A stretch of 64,000 nucleotides of DNA, taken from assembly GCF_009914755.1 (NCBI RefSeq), contig NC_060928.1; one strand, 5' to 3'. The position numbers were made by a program, and so were the translations under genes. The DNA comes from the human T2T-CHM13v2.0 reference genome, Homo sapiens. The notes beneath the pieces were generated by a model. That model was not told the origin of the DNA and did no database searches. It saw nothing but the letters and a program-made list of their open reading frames with translations. Below are positions 40,904 to 54,930 of this stretch, piece after piece. Position 1 is the first letter of the stretch, and every line of letters starts with the position of its first letter.

Positions 40904-43900
40904 ATTTAACAGCTTTTCTAAGCCTTTTTCTATTTCACCACTTTTTGCAACACCCATAATGTGAATATATTTACTTAGCGATGTCCCATAAATCTTTCAG
41001 TCTTTCTTCACTCTCTTTTTCATTCTCAGTTTTTTCCTTTGACTAATTTTAAACCATATATCTTTACCTTTAGAAACGTTTTCTTCTGTTTGATGAAGTC
41101 TGGTGTTGAAACCCTCTATTGTAGTTTTAGTTTATTCATTGGATTCTTTAGCTGCAGAATTTCTGTTTGGTTCTTTTATAATGTCTGTCTCTTTGTTTAC
41201 TTTTTCATTCACATCATAAATTGTTTTCTTGATTTTGTTGATTGTCTGCCTGTATTTTCTTGTATCCCATTGAGTTTCCTTAAGATTACTGTTTTGAATT
41301 CCTTTTTCTGCAATTCATTGATTTCCTTTTTATTGAGGTCTATTACTAAAGAGTTATTACATTCTTTTGACTCTGTCATATTTCCTTGCTTTTTCATGTT
41401 TCCTATGTTCTTGCATGGATGTCTGTAAATCTGGTGGAACAGTCACCTCTTCCAAACTTTCTAGAGTGGCTTTAGCAGAAAAAGACTTTCACCTGAATTT
41501 GAGGTTAGTGTGAATTTGGATCTTTCACTTGCAAAGTGGGTCTTTCTGTTGGGAAAGGTATGGTGGCTGTTGCCAGGTAGGTGCAGTAGTATAGTCTCCA
41601 TGCAGCTTATTTAGCTATGTTTCTGTATCAGCAATAATTATGGGCATTTCAGGGGCCTAGGCTGTAGAAGTTTGTGGTAGCAGAATAGGTTGTTAATGTC
41701 TTCAGTGGCAAGAGGTTTTTGGCTCCTTCCATTCTTTTTTCTTACAATGAGGAAACTTGGATGAGGGATGCCTCTTGATAATAGGGCTGACATGGCCTAA
41801 AAGCAGCTGCCACAACACTGGGTTGTAGGTATAGGTGCGCAGAGCAGTTATGAGCCCAGGATCCCAGGCTCAGGATCTTACAAATCTATTGTGACAAATA
41901 GGTCTTGGGGTGCAAATTAACTGTAGCACCAGAATTTGTGACTCTCACGCACTCTCTAGCAGCTCAAGTCCAGGGATTCAGGTTATAACTCTGATTCTAG
42001 CCCTGGGGGTAGGGCACAACCCTGGATTCATTTCAGATAAGGAGTGCTTTGGAAGCTTGAGTCTGTGAGGGAAGATATGGCTGTAATTCAGGAGCCTGAG
42101 CCAATATGGCTCAGTGTCACCTCAGATCCTGGATAGTAGGCACTGCATAGTGGAACTCTATACCCTGGGGTGCTGGGGCTCTGCAGTGTTCCAGATTCTG
42201 TGAGACCATGTAAAGTGACAGCAAATACCCTAGAGTGGCTGAGCATGGCTATTGTTTGGGTGCTGTGGGACAGGGAGCAATACATTGATGACTCCACTCC
42301 CCAGGGAGAGGGGCATCTCACCAGGTCAGTCTGTAGGGGGCTAGTCTAGCTTCAGGGAAGCAGGATACTAGAGTTATTTGTCTTGTACTGTGGGGTGCCT
42401 CAGTGCAGCTACTGCTCTGTTTTCATAGGACGTGAAGTAAAGTGTCAGCTCAGCCCTGGGATGTGCATCTGTTCAGCTCCACCAAGGCACCAATTTCCCA
42501 GGGGGTGATATGCCACCTCAGTTCAGGTCCCGGGTGTGTGACTATTCTGGGTAGTCCAGGGACCATTTTCCTGGGATACAGAGCTTGCCAAACATTGTTT
42601 CCTGGGAAGGCAGTGTGCAGTTTCAGCTAAGGTTTCTAGGAGCAGGGCACAGACACATCTGAGAAAGACAGATAGAGCTATTTTGCCAAAGAACCCTTTT
42701 CCCAGGATGGAGTGTGTATGTATATTCCCAAAACTTCCCTGCTGGAAGGAGGGAGGGAGGGGCAGGTGGACTGGTTCAACTACTGCTTAGCCACATAGGG
42801 AAAGGTGTAATAGCTGCTGGCAGTTCCGTTTGGGAGTGTGGGGTCATTGGGTGGGAGTAGTTCAGTGGTGACTTAGCCTCAGAAATGAAGGAGTGCTGCA
42901 GCTACTTGCCCCTAGAGCAAGAAACACTCCAGAAATAGTTCTGGTTTGAAGATGATGTATCACAGTAGCTGCAAGGAGCACAGTGGGAAGGGAACAGTGT
43001 TGGCCCCCTCTCTGGCAGGAGCACAGTGGTGTGCACTGCTGGGAACTCTTTCACCTGGGCTTAGTGCCTGTGAAAACTGCAAGGACCCTGAGGATGAGAA
43101 CCGTAGGTGTCCAAAATATTGGTAAGGGTTGTTTGGATCCTCTTACTCACCTTAACACTGTAGAGAGAATCCTAGTTCCTGGCTGATCCTGGCTGGGAGA
43201 TGTGATGGAGTCCGAGTGTTTCCTTCCATTATCTATGTATTTATTCTCATTTTCTGTGCTACCTAGGAATTTTGTTAATCTTTGGACATACTCTGGAACA
43301 TTCTTTTAGTTACTTTTGTTAAAATATAGTTGTTTATTCATTGTTTAGCTGTCTTTGTGGAAATGTTCGGGATTTTTCGCGGGACATCTTGTTTACATCA
43401 CTCCACTAAATGAATTAATCATTTTCTTGAGAGCAAGGCATTTGAAACTCAAAAGCAAGGATAATATTCTTAAGTTACTTGCTCTATCAATTGCTCCTTC
43501 GTTGAGGCAATTAGCCAGGAAAATTAGCAGCTGCTTGAGTGAATTTTGTTACTGAGGGAAGGGTTGGATAAAGATGAGGAAAAAAATCTCAAGAAAACAT
43601 TCACATAATATATTTCAAATATAATATTGCCAGGTTGCCAGGACTAGAGCATCAACATTACAATCCCAGGACTACTACAAGCTCACAAACTCAGCTATAA
43701 GAAAAAAATCAACACAATCTCTCTGGGAATGCGTTTTTTTTTTTTTCCTTACCTACAATAATGCATGCCGTTTATGCTAAAATATTTGAATTGAGAAAAT
43801 GAAGATAATGAAAATAACAATTGACAAAGCATTCTTACAATACTTGAAAAAGAGCTGTGAAAAATTTTAATAATTTCAAATGTTGAATTAAAAAAAATTA

Positions 43901-44543
43901 AAAAGAAATAGGTTGGGTACTACTCCTGAGCCAGGTAGAACTAAATTTATGCATTCATTTGTTCACCTCTCTTACAGCATTTCAACAATACAGTTTTTGC
44001 CACATAAAATCTTTAAAAAGTAAAGATATAGGGTGCAGCTATATCTTTGATGCATTCTACAACATTTTAAAATGTTCACTCAGGAACAGTCTACTAAGGA
44101 TTAATAAATATGAAAATAGCATTATGATTAATGAACAATGGGAGCTGTAGTATTTTGTATACAGCACTATTCTTATTTTGAATGTTACAGTGGATCTTTC
44201 CAGCACATCAGGATAACCACAGTAGTGTGGAAGATGCTAAAGGAGCCCTTGTGACCAATCACAGATGATTGACAACTAATCATCATAAATTAAACAATAG
44301 GTTGCATATATCAATCTGCTTTTCAGGATTAGACCTGGAAGGATAAATATGACAATATTAAAGTGGACACTGAGAAGAGATGCTACACTTCAGGCAACAA
44401 ATCTTGTCAGTGGTGGACCATGGTAAGTGATTTTGCCATTCAAAAATGAAAGTAAGGATTATCGCATGGAAGAAAGTACTTCTGAGATATTTGCTTTCAA
44501 TAGGCATTTCAACATTAAAATATGCTTAGAAAACCAAAGAGTG

Positions 44544-44837
44544 GGCGGAGCACTGTGGCTCACACCTGTAATCCTAGCATTTTGGGAGGCCAAGGTGGAT
44601 CACCTGAGGTCAGGAGTTCGAGACCAGCCTGGACAACATAGTGAAACCCCATCTCTACTAAAAATACAAAAATTACCATGCCTGTAATCCCAGCTACTCG
44701 GGAGGCTGAGGCAGGATAATTGCTTGAATCCAGGAGGCAGAAGTTCCAGTGAGCTGAGATCACTCTGCTGCATTCTAGCCTATGTGACAGAGCGAGACTC
44801 TGTCTCAAAAAAAAAAAAGAAAAGAAAAGAAAGAAAA
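44544..44837 (+). mobile_element. AluSx-like with a short internal deletion and (GAAAA)n tail
   Basis: GGATCACCTGAGGTCAGGAGTTCGAGACCAGCC; the start of the right monomer is missing after AAAAATTA. Confidence 0.92.
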
Positions 44838-45343
44838 TACAGGACCATTTGTAGTAACAGCTACCCAGCTCTGCAAAAGCTACAAAACTAATTCACTTAT
44901 AAAGCCTTATAGGAATTACGGAAATGTGTAGAGTGTAAACCTAAATGCCATAAGTAGCTACTATACTCTGATTTCTCTTGCTTCACTGAGAGAAATAGTT
45001 GCTGAAGAAAGTGGTGTTGGAAGAGGAATGCTTTTGAAAGGTACAGGCAGTCTATGAAGTCAAAGATAAGATCTAACCTTCAGCTATCTTCTTAGTATCT
45101 TTTGAGGAAAACATGAACCCTATATACATTCAAAACTATAAATTTGCTGGTATACTAAAATGATTAAGTAAATTTAAGGGAACAACTTGAATTTCCAAAA
45201 AATAATTAAATATGATACCCCTCTGTTGACAAAGACAGGAAATTCATAAGGAATCACCATATGGAGATAAACTATGAAATAGAAAGGTAAGTGATTGAAG
45301 TAAGATGAAAATATAAGAAAACTCAAACTTTTAACAAGTAATT

Positions 45344-45838
45344 TGTTGGGAACAAGCCCCCCCAAATCTGGCCATAAACTGGCCCCAAAACTGGCCATAA
45401 ACAAAATCTCTGCATCATTGTGACATGTTCATGATGGCCGTAACTCCCATGCTACGGGAATGAAGGCAAGGAATACCTGGCCCGCCCAGGGTGGAAAACC
45501 GCTTAAAGGCATTCTTAAGCCACAAACAATAGCATGAGTGAACTGTGCCTTAAAGACATGCTCCTGCTGCAGTTAACTAGCCCAACCTATTCCTTTAATT
45601 TGGCCCATCACTTCGTTTCCCATAAGGGATACTTTTAGTTAATTTAATGTCTATAGAAACAATGCCAATGACTGGCTTGCCGTTAATAAATACGTGAGTA
45701 AATCTCGGTTCAGGGCTCTCAGTTCTGAAGGCTGTGAAACCTCTGATTTCCCACTTCACACCTCTATATTTCTGTGTGTGTCTTTAATTCCTCTAGCACT
45801 GCTGGGTTACGGTCTCTCCAACTGAGCTGGTCTTGGCA
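45344..45838 (+). mobile_element. MER9 solo LTR (HERV-K HML-3)
   Basis: TGTTGGGAACAAGCCCCCC..TGGCCATAAAC..TTAATAAATACG..GAGCTGGTCTTGGCA; perfect TSD TAATT. Confidence 0.92.
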
Positions 45839-46289
45839 TAATTAAAATTTATTTCTAAGGCACTATCAAGCAGAATTGACACTTCCAAAATAGTCAGTGA
45901 CTTGGAGAAGAAACTTTGAAATTTTTCAAAATAAGAGAGAACACCAATAAAATAAAAAGAGAGTGATTATAAAAGATGAGGTCAAGGAACAGATATTCAA
46001 TAAAGGGCTAGAGTTATAACTAAACAGGCAATCAAAATCATACAAATAGAATTTAACAAAATTCCATAATAATAAGATATAGATAATAAATCAAGATTAC
46101 AAATGAGAACATTTCTAAACTCTCTACATGTGTATGATGTATAATGAGTTATATATAATTGTAGTTATATGACTATGTAATGATAACACATCATTTTATA
46201 TACACATACACAACACACTCAGTAACAGGCAAAATTCAAATCAAAAGTAAAGAAAACAAATATACAAAAAATCATCTTATTCTTAAATG

Positions 46290-46593
46290 TAAGTTGACTG
46301 AAAACCTTCCTGATAACATAAACAATTAACACATATTTCATATATTATATATTGTATTCTTACAAGAAAGTAAGCTTGACTAAAGAAAATGTTATTAAGA
46401 AAGTCATAAAAGGAGAAAATACATTTATTATTCATTAGGTGGAAGTGGATCATGATGAAGGTGTTCATTCTCCTCCTGTGCATATTGAGTAGGCTGAAGA
46501 GAAAAAGAAATAAAAGGGGTGGCAGAGGCAGAAGAAAATCTGAATATAAGTAGACCCACACAGTTCAAACCTGTATTGCTCAAGGGTCAACTG
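46290..46593 (-). mobile_element. Tigger2a-like DNA transposon fragment
   Basis: GGAAGTGGATCATGATGAAGG..GGGGTGGCAGAGGCAGAAGAAAATC..TTCAAACCTGTATTGCTCAAGGGTCAACTG-TA terminus. Confidence 0.82.
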
Positions 46594-46595
46594 TA

Positions 46596-46701
46596 TATGT
46601 CAGATATTACATGAGACATACTTAAATTTAAAAAAAGTTTTTTATCTGAAATTCAATTGTAAGTCGACATTCTGTATTTATTTACTAAATCTCACAACCA
46701 T
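46596..46701. mobile_element. MER53-like hAT MITE, one arm
   Basis: ATATTACATGAGACATACTTA..TTTATCTGAAATTCAA..CTGTATTT..TTTACTAAATCT. Confidence 0.65.
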
Positions 46702-46729
46702 GCCCTGTCCCATTTGCGATTCCGTCTGT

Positions 46730-49700
46730 ACTAAGTTTATTATAGTTTCTATTAGCTTTTATCATGGAATATGGGAGTACTGAGGTTCTCCAGTGGTTCT
46801 CTTGCAATGTAGACATTCTGCTTTTTGCACCCATTGTCAGTTGGCAACCCAGTCTCCCCTCAATAAACAGGATAAATGTGCCGCAGACTAGACAGTAGGA
46901 GTCACACCCTCTTCCTTGCCTGTTTGAGTCACTGACATGAGTGTTTTATTTTTTCCCATAGGCAGTCACAACTTCCGGTTTAATTGAACCATTTTTGTTT
47001 TCCCTAGTGTAAGCATTTTTCCTTTGGGAACAAAGGACATTAGATGAGCAAAACTCAAAATTCTGGGGACTGGAAACAAAAATTCACTACTGGATCACAA
47101 CAGGTAATAGAAACTAATCATATTTTCATCCTTAATATCTATAGTCATAAACCTGGCTTTGGGAGAACCAGCACTGCACATTGGTCACCAATATAGAGGA
47201 CATCCTGAATGTCATCACTGAACTTGGAAATTTGTTGCCCAACTGAAATTGTAACTATATTATTAAAAGATCTTTCCATCTTTCTATTATGCCAGCTGCT
47301 CAAGAGTGATTGGCAACATGGTAGATTTCATGAGCATGGGTCATTGGCACACTAAATTAGCCATAAAATAACTTCCTTGGTTGAAAGCAGTGCTGTATGA
47401 AATAACATGGTGAAGAGTAAGGCATTCAATAAAATCATATATTGTGTTTTTGTGCATAAGCGTTGCAGGCAGAAAAGGCAATTTAATGTCCACAAAAACT
47501 GTCTATTCCATTAAGAAAAGGTGCTACCCTTTCCAGTATGGAAGAGGTCCAAGAAAATGAACCAGGTAGCTGGCTGATTCCCCAAGGGAAAGATGTCATA
47601 TTATATGCTCAGTATGATTTTTGCTGTTGGCTGTTGTGGCACTAAGCAGCAGCTGTAGTTTTATCCACCTTTGTGGGCAATAATACATGTTGCTTAGCTC
47701 AAGCAGAACCTCCATCCCTTCTGCGGTGGCCACTTTGTTCATGAATTCATTGATTAGGGACAGAGGTGTCTAGAAAAATACCTTGACTGACATCTACCAA
47801 ACTGTCACTTTATCTGCATGATCATTAAGATTCTCATCTGCTGAGGTCACTCTTTAGTGAACATTCATATGGGGGACAAATACTTTCATATTCTGGGCCC
47901 ATTTGAAGAGGTCTATTTGCATACCTATTCCCTATACTAACTTGTCTCCAATTATCTAATTATTGAACTTTGTTCCTTCCAAGTCCCTGGTCATCTTGCC
48001 AAACCATTAGCTAGAGCTATGAATCAGTTAGGTCTAAATCTCTGGCTCTGTTTGTGTCCAGGAAAGATGAGCGTTCAAGTACACTATTTGAAGTTATTTC
48101 CACTGACAAGATTTTTCTTCATCACTCTCCTTCATGTCACTACAGTCACTTCAGAGTTGAACTGTCATTCTACAGTCATTTACTCAGGTGGTGAAACAAT
48201 ATCTAGCAGAACCATTTGTAAACAAAATCTGAATAATTTCTTCCACAAACTACTGGTTATAGGGAATTCCCCAGGAAACCATATATATTTGTGGAAAGAG
48301 AAGGCAATGTACTAGAAATAGACGTCATGGACATCTGGGCAATCTACTCTTTAAACTTATTTGTATTTTCAAGACCTGATTGTTCATGCTCTCATATTCC
48401 ATTTGAAAATAGAAACAATTGTGCATAACAAATTTATGGCTTTGGCATAAATTCATTCATAGCAACTTGGTGTCTCAGGGGCTCATGGTAAAATATTCAG
48501 TTTCTGTTGAACTTCAATAGAAAGCCAAAAGCTGTTTCTCAAAGGAGAATAATCGTATATAGAGACTGGTATAGGTATGAACTAAAATGTAAAGGTCTGT
48601 GCTTTAATTCACTTCTGAGAAGCTGCTATGCACATTTCCGTCTCCTACCAACATTTAGAACACCATGAGATCTTGTGATTGAGAAAATCACAGCAGAACA
48701 GCTTTTATGGCATTTTGGACTTGTTGAAAATCCCTTATTTGTTTTGGGCTCCACTAAAAACTGTTGGGTTACTTAGTGATTGGGTATGAGTAGCACATTC
48801 ACATGAGATTTATGTTTCCTCTAAATTCTACAAAAGAGCAATAGTCATTATATTTTTTTCTCAGTGGTAAGAGGGGCCAGATGGAGCAACTTGATCTTTA
48901 CCTTAGAGTATACTGACACATCTCAGATCACTGAATTCCTAGAAATGTCGCTGAGGTGGCAGACACTTGAATTTTCATGAGAATTATTTTCTACTAATTG
49001 GCTCACATATGCCCTAGCAGGGTATATAAGTAGTTGTTGCTTCATTCTTCCCAGTTCCAGCTCCATGAAATTATCAGTGGACCAGGGTAATATTCTGTGG
49101 AAGGGAAAGGTGATCAATTCTTTGCAGACTAGGTTTGGCATGGAGGTGGCAAATTTAGATAGCCTTTAAGTAAGACTGCAAAGGTATATTGCTGGCTATT
49201 CCAGCTGAATGCAAACTATTTCATATTGTCTTAATACAGAAAATAATGCTTTGGTCAGATCAATAATCATATGTCAGATATCTTTGTGCACACACCTACA
49301 CATGCACACACATCCAGAACATCCAGAACACACATCCAGAACAACAAGTGCAATGAAATCACATTTTCAAGTATATGTAAATACACTGCCTTTCTCCAAA
49401 TACTTCTGTCTTCTACAGAGGCCAAATAACCAAGTTAAATAGCTACATGGCGATAATCAACACTCCTGCATTTGTCAAGCCCTGGATGGTGGCACGGATC
49501 TCTGATATCTCTCCAGATAGGTGACATTGCTTTGGTATATTATTTTAATAGATAGCAGCTTCTACTCAGTCTTTCCTACCACCACAGCCCTTAGTCCATT
49601 GATCATGCAACAAATATAGGAATTTTGTCATTTAGCCAAATACGTTTATTTTAACTATGCATTCTAGAATTGGGGAAATAATCACATTAGCCATGGGCAG

Positions 49701-49760
49701 TGATAACCAGAAAGTACAGACAATATGTATGTTTTCCTTCCTTCAGTTTCTTCATTCTCT
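46730..49760 (-). pseudogene. Decayed class III ERV (ERVL / MLT-int type) pol region: RT, RNase H region, integrase and downstream ERVL-type sequence; no LTRs seen
   Basis: Minus-strand translation: WNSQQYTFAVLLKGYLNLP (~49145-49205; cf. QYTFTVLPQGY.NSP), KIQVSATSATFLGIQ* (~48930-48975; cf. KIQGP.TSVKFLGVQW) and integrase ECLTLHHVISYSTAFNQGSYF..EQLA/IIER (~47280-47430); many stops and frameshifts. Confidence 0.85.
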
Positions 49761-49823
49761 AAGCTATTTTTGTTTAAATTATGAAAATAAATAATTTTGC
49801 ATCTAATTTCATTGACAATTATA

Positions 49824-50152
49824 CAGTGGTCCACCCTTATCTGTGGGAAATATGTTCCAAGACCTCCAAGTGGATACCTGAAACTGATATAGTACCAAAT
49901 GCTATATACACGATATCAATCGATCTGTTAACTGAGATGGCTACTAAGTGACTAACAGGAAGGTAGTGTATATGGAGTCGATATACTAGACGAAGAGATG
50001 ATTTGTAGCCTGGGTGAGACAACATGGGTTACTCAATTTAAAGCTTACAGATTTTTTATTTCTGAAATTTTTCATATAATATTTTTGGACCCAAGTTGAC
50101 TGTGGGTAACTGAAATGATAGAAACTAAATGATGGATAAAGGGAAACTACTA
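49824..50152 (-). mobile_element. MER44A-like (Tigger7-derived MITE)
   Basis: TIRs TA-CAGTGGTCCACCCTTATC / GGATAAAGGGAAACTACT; GTTGACTGTGGGTAACTGAAA. Confidence 0.85.
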
Positions 50153-51389
50153 TAACACCATCAATGAGTGTGTTAAGTATGCAAACCAAAGCATATTAAA
50201 TTTAACATAATTTATATATAAAGCTACTGACTTAAAATTTTTATCTACATATTGATACAACTCTAAAAATGACATGCCAGGACATATACACAACCAGGCT
50301 TAAATGTCCTGCTATCATATGCCTTCAATTTATAGTGATACTAATTTTAATCAATATTTGAGGATCATTCATTGTTAAACTTTTAAAAAATTTTGAATTA
50401 AAGTTTGAAGCAGTCCATGAATACAGACGTTTTGTCCTAAGACACTATTGTTAGTTAATTTAAAGTCCCTTCCTTCATCATTGCTAAGTGCTGTAGTCTG
50501 TCATCCATTCTCCAAATGAAATGTGACTTTGATGGATAAACTCAATTAAAGCTCAGGCATTAGATAAGTTCAACAGAGAATTGGGCTGATCTTTACCAAT
50601 CTACCTTTAAACATACAATAAGTATTTCAAAATGAAGTAGTCATAAATTATACTGAAAATATATGCTAGTAAAATTAGGTTGAAATTGGAATCAATCACT
50701 CTATGTAAATTTCTATTACTTAGAAAGCAACATTTATTTCCCTTCCCCTTGAGTATTGTATCTTACATATGCTTTTAAGACGTAAAGTAAGAGAAATGCC
50801 TGTTGTCTTTTACCTTTTTAGAAATTTCTCTCTCTTTTATAATGTCTAAGTTTGTTAAAATATCTAGTTTCAAGACTAACAGTAAGAGTTTATCCATAAC
50901 CTGAGAACCCTCACAAGAAATTATGTTTAGTTATCTTTAATATTTTTAAAAACAACTTTGTGTGTGCCTTGCCTATAAAGACCTTTAATCTTATCATTGA
51001 TATTTGACTCATTCATTTAGTTATTTAATCATTAAACTAAAATTTGTATCTTATCTATGATAGATACAAGAAAATGATTTGAGTTATACAGATAAAGTAT
51101 GTAGGAAGAGACATGTAAAGGAATAATTTGGTTTCTTATGATAAATCATTTTCTAGACATATATACAGAATATGAAAATAACACAGAGACAAAGGCATCT
51201 AACACCATCAGAAGAATCAAAGAAATCATTAAATTACAGCATTTATAATAAAAAGAACTTTTCAGTGTTAATATTCAATTCCATCATTTTGCAGTAGAAA
51301 TAACAAAGAGAATTTGATTATTTTTCCTGCATGAATATAGCCAAGGAGACTATTCTTTTTAACAATTAAGATTTTGCATTTAAGAAGGT

Positions 51390-51650
51390 GATAAACTTGA
51401 ATTCATATCCCTGAACTAAAATCCATGTGAGCCTGGGATCCAGTTTCTTCAACTTCCAAATGGAAATAATAATAATAAATTATCTCATGGTGCTTTATTA
51501 TGGGATTACATGAAATAAAACACTTAACAGTGCCCATTACACTAGCTTACATGGTTGTTGTCGGTATTAAATGACTTAATACTTGTAAGGTACTGATAAT
51601 ATTATCTGGTCTCAAAAGGCTCCCTATATATGGAAGCTTTTCCTACTATT
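51390..51650 (+). mobile_element. MIR fragments (two tails)
   Basis: CAGTTTCTTCAAC..AAATGGAAATAATAATA..TCTCATGG; GGTTGTTG..ATTAAATGACTTAATAC. Confidence 0.6.
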
Positions 51651-51798
51651 TTTCATATTATTAGTGTTGAGATAATTTATAATATTATATATATTTCTGT
51701 TAATTGAAATTTATGTAGAAAAATTCATTGCCTTAGAGAAGAATATTAGGACAGAAAAAAATTTAAAGTTCTTTTTGAATGTAAAATATCTGGATTTT

Positions 51799-52843
51799 TC
51801 AGGGTTCCTTGGAGAAATGGCTGAGTCTAGTGTTGGGGTGAGACATATACAAGATGAGCCTGGAGCGTTTTGTAGTGCCAGAAAGTGAGAAAGTGCTCAA
51901 AAGCCAAAACTGAAACCAAAACAAACCAAAACAGAAACTAAAAAGCCCACAATGATGACTATATGTCAAAGGGAAAGAAGAACCAACCAAAAGTATTTTC
52001 AATGGCCAAAGCCAGAAAAACGTGAACAACAAAATAAACGACACAGTATTACATTATAACTCAAACTATTAGAAACAAGTGATGGAATAAATAATGGGAA
52101 CAGATTAATAAATCTCCTGGGCCAAAGGAAATTTTTGTAGCTATTCTGATGTCAAGAAAGGTGAGCATAACTCCCCATTCCTTAAATGAGGACTATGCAT
52201 AGTGACTTTTTACCAAAGATTACATCATGGAAAGAAAGAAAAAAGGGTAATTTTACAGTGGAGCCAACTAATAAACACTACCTCAATTGATGCAAGACTA
52301 ACATCAACAGTTATTAAGTCCTGGTAATAGTTTGTGCCTTTGATATGTTATGATAAGAATGGCATATTACCTTTGTGATTTTCCTCCCCAAAAGATACAA
52401 TCATAGTCTAATCATGAGAATAATATCAGACAAATCCCATCTGAGGAACATTCTGCAAAATACTGAACAAGTGCTTCTTAAAATTGAAAAGACCACCAAA
52501 AAGGGAAAAACTGAAATTGTCATAGTCAAGGGGAGCCTGAAGAAGTATGATGATTAAATGCAGTATAGTTTCCTGAGTGGGATCCTGAAACAGAAACAAA
52601 TACACTTGGTGAAAACTAAGGAAATCTGAATAAATTATAGAGTTTAGTTGTATTATCTATTAAAGGTTTTATATAATATTAAATATATTATGCATTAAAT
52701 ATATTAATATTTGTCTATTAGTTATAACAAAAGTGACAAATTTTAACAAGAGAAAGTTTGTGTGAAATATGTGAGAACTCTGTACTATGTTTGCAAATTT
52801 TGTGAATCTAAAACTATTCTAAGATTTAAAAGTTTATTAAAAA
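51799..52843 (+). mobile_element. L1MC3/MC4-like 3' UTR
   Basis: CAGGGTTCCTTGGAGAAATGGCTGA..CAAGATGAGCCTGGAGC..GTAGTGCCAGAAAGT; ends AATCTAAAACTATTCTAA..AAAAGTTTATTAAAA. Confidence 0.85.
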
Positions 52844-53199
52844 TCTAAGTTTTTGACATTTGAGGCCTAATCCTAGAGATAACTCAAAGTATAAACAATA
52901 AGTTTGGAAGATCCTTGTTCTGTCATGTATAGGTTACCTACTTTTAAATTAGGTACATTTTTTCAAACTAGATGAGAAGAAAAGTTGTAGAGGAGAGAGG
53001 AGATACTAGCAAAATTTCTGGATGGATTACTTTGCTAAACCAGAGCCTGTGTCAACCATCGTCTTTGTCTAACCCATACAAGTAATTTTGTAATCAAATA
53101 GTACTGGGAAATAATACAATATTGCTGATAAATTGTAAGTTGAATGTATGACAACAGCTTCAATTGATTTTTTTTAATGTTACATGAAAGGTATTCTTC

Positions 53200-54930
53200 C
53201 AGCCATTAACTTTTCCTCTCCATGTGATTTTTCACGTCTTCCCCTCTCCTTATTCTGAGCTGATAAACTTGCTCCTTATTTTACTGAAAAATTCAAAGTA
53301 ATCAGAAAAAATCTTCAACAAGTTTCACAATCTACTCATCTAACTACATAAGTTTTCATATAATTTGTCTTTTTTCTCTTGCTATTATGAAACAGCCCTC
53401 CTTCAATTTTTGTCCCTTTTTTCTAACATAGGGACATGGCTCAAGCCAACTCATGTCTCCCCTTTCTTTCCTCTTTTTCTGCACCACTGATTTTTCTTTT
53501 TTGGTTGATAGAGTAACTTCATAAATATACAAATATGTTCTTGGGGGAAAAAAATGAACTCTCTTGATTCCACTTTCCTGTCCAGATATTGCACTATGTT
53601 TTTCCTTTGCCTTTATTGAAAGAATTGCTATACCCCCATCTTCATTATCTGTCCTCCTGTTCTCACATCAACCTGCATCAAGTGAGCTATCATGTTTACA
53701 ATTCTAGAAAAGCCACTTTTAACAATGGAAATATCTTACTGTTTATCTTAATTAATTGAACAGCAGCACTAAAGTTGATTATTCCCCTTCTCCTTCAAAT
53801 ATTATATTCATTTGGCTCTTAGAATACCACAGTCTGTTTTGTTTTCACTTAATTCTATGGCCACTCCTTCTCAGTTTATTGCCTTCATTCCCTCTCATAT
53901 CCCAGACCTCTTAACTTTCTATAGTCTCAGAGTCTAGCCAGTGTGTCTCCATAATTTCATTTGACAAGAAATCCCCTCATATTGTCTTCAATTTTCATGG
54001 AAAACCCTTAAGTTATTTATAACCAATAACTCCCAAACATATATATCTCTCTAGACCTCTTCTCTGGTATCTGGTCTCATATATACAGTGGTCTGACTCA
54101 ACAACCTTAATGGGAGTATTAATAGGAATCTTAATATGTCCTAAACGAAGCTCTGGCTTTTCTACAAAATGAACAAACAAACAAAATTTACTCTCTTAAG
54201 CTTTACCAAGTTTTGTTATTGGTCACTCTATTTTTATAGGTATTAAGCCTTGGTTCTGAGAATTTCATTTGACTCTACTCTTTCTTTTATATACCACATC
54301 AAATTCTTTCTGCGTGATTAAAAAAAAATACTTGGACTTTGAAAATTTTTTACCACCTTACCTCTACTACCCTGGTACAAGGCACAATTGTTTTTCATTA
54401 AAATTTTTGCAGTATCCTCCTATTTTTTTCTCTGTTTTTGTCATTACCCATCTTTGATCTACATTAATGCATCATCATCCTTGATGATATACTAATATAA
54501 TCTTAATTATATTATAATTCTGCCAAAAATAATCTAATGGCTTCCATTTTAGTTTCATTGCATGCAGTAATTTTCCCCTAGATATTGGTGTGGTCTTGTT
54601 CGCGCACCTCTTCAGGGATTTCCTTTTCCTTGGATGTTGACTTTTCATGGGCACTTTCCTGTACACCATCTTTAAAATGACAACTTCTTCATACACATAT
54701 CCTTTCTCTATGCCAGTGTTTTTCCCCTCAACACTCGTCAATATTTATTACTGTATATAACTCATTTATTTATATAATTTATTTTTCTGTGTTCCTCCCA
54801 TAAAAGCTAGAATGTAAAATTTAGGAAGTTAGGGATTTAATTTGTTTTGGTTCCTTTGATATACTTTTCCTATAAATAGCACCTGTTGATATTAGTCACA
54901 TGAAAAGTAGTTACTGAATGTTAAATGACA
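53200..54930 (+). mobile_element. L2a-like LINE fragment (~1.7 kb)
   Basis: CTTATTTTACTGAAAAA, TGGCCACTCCTTCTCAGT, CTCCCAAACATATATATCTC, CTAGAATGTAA..AGGGATTT..TGAATG tail. Confidence 0.8.
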
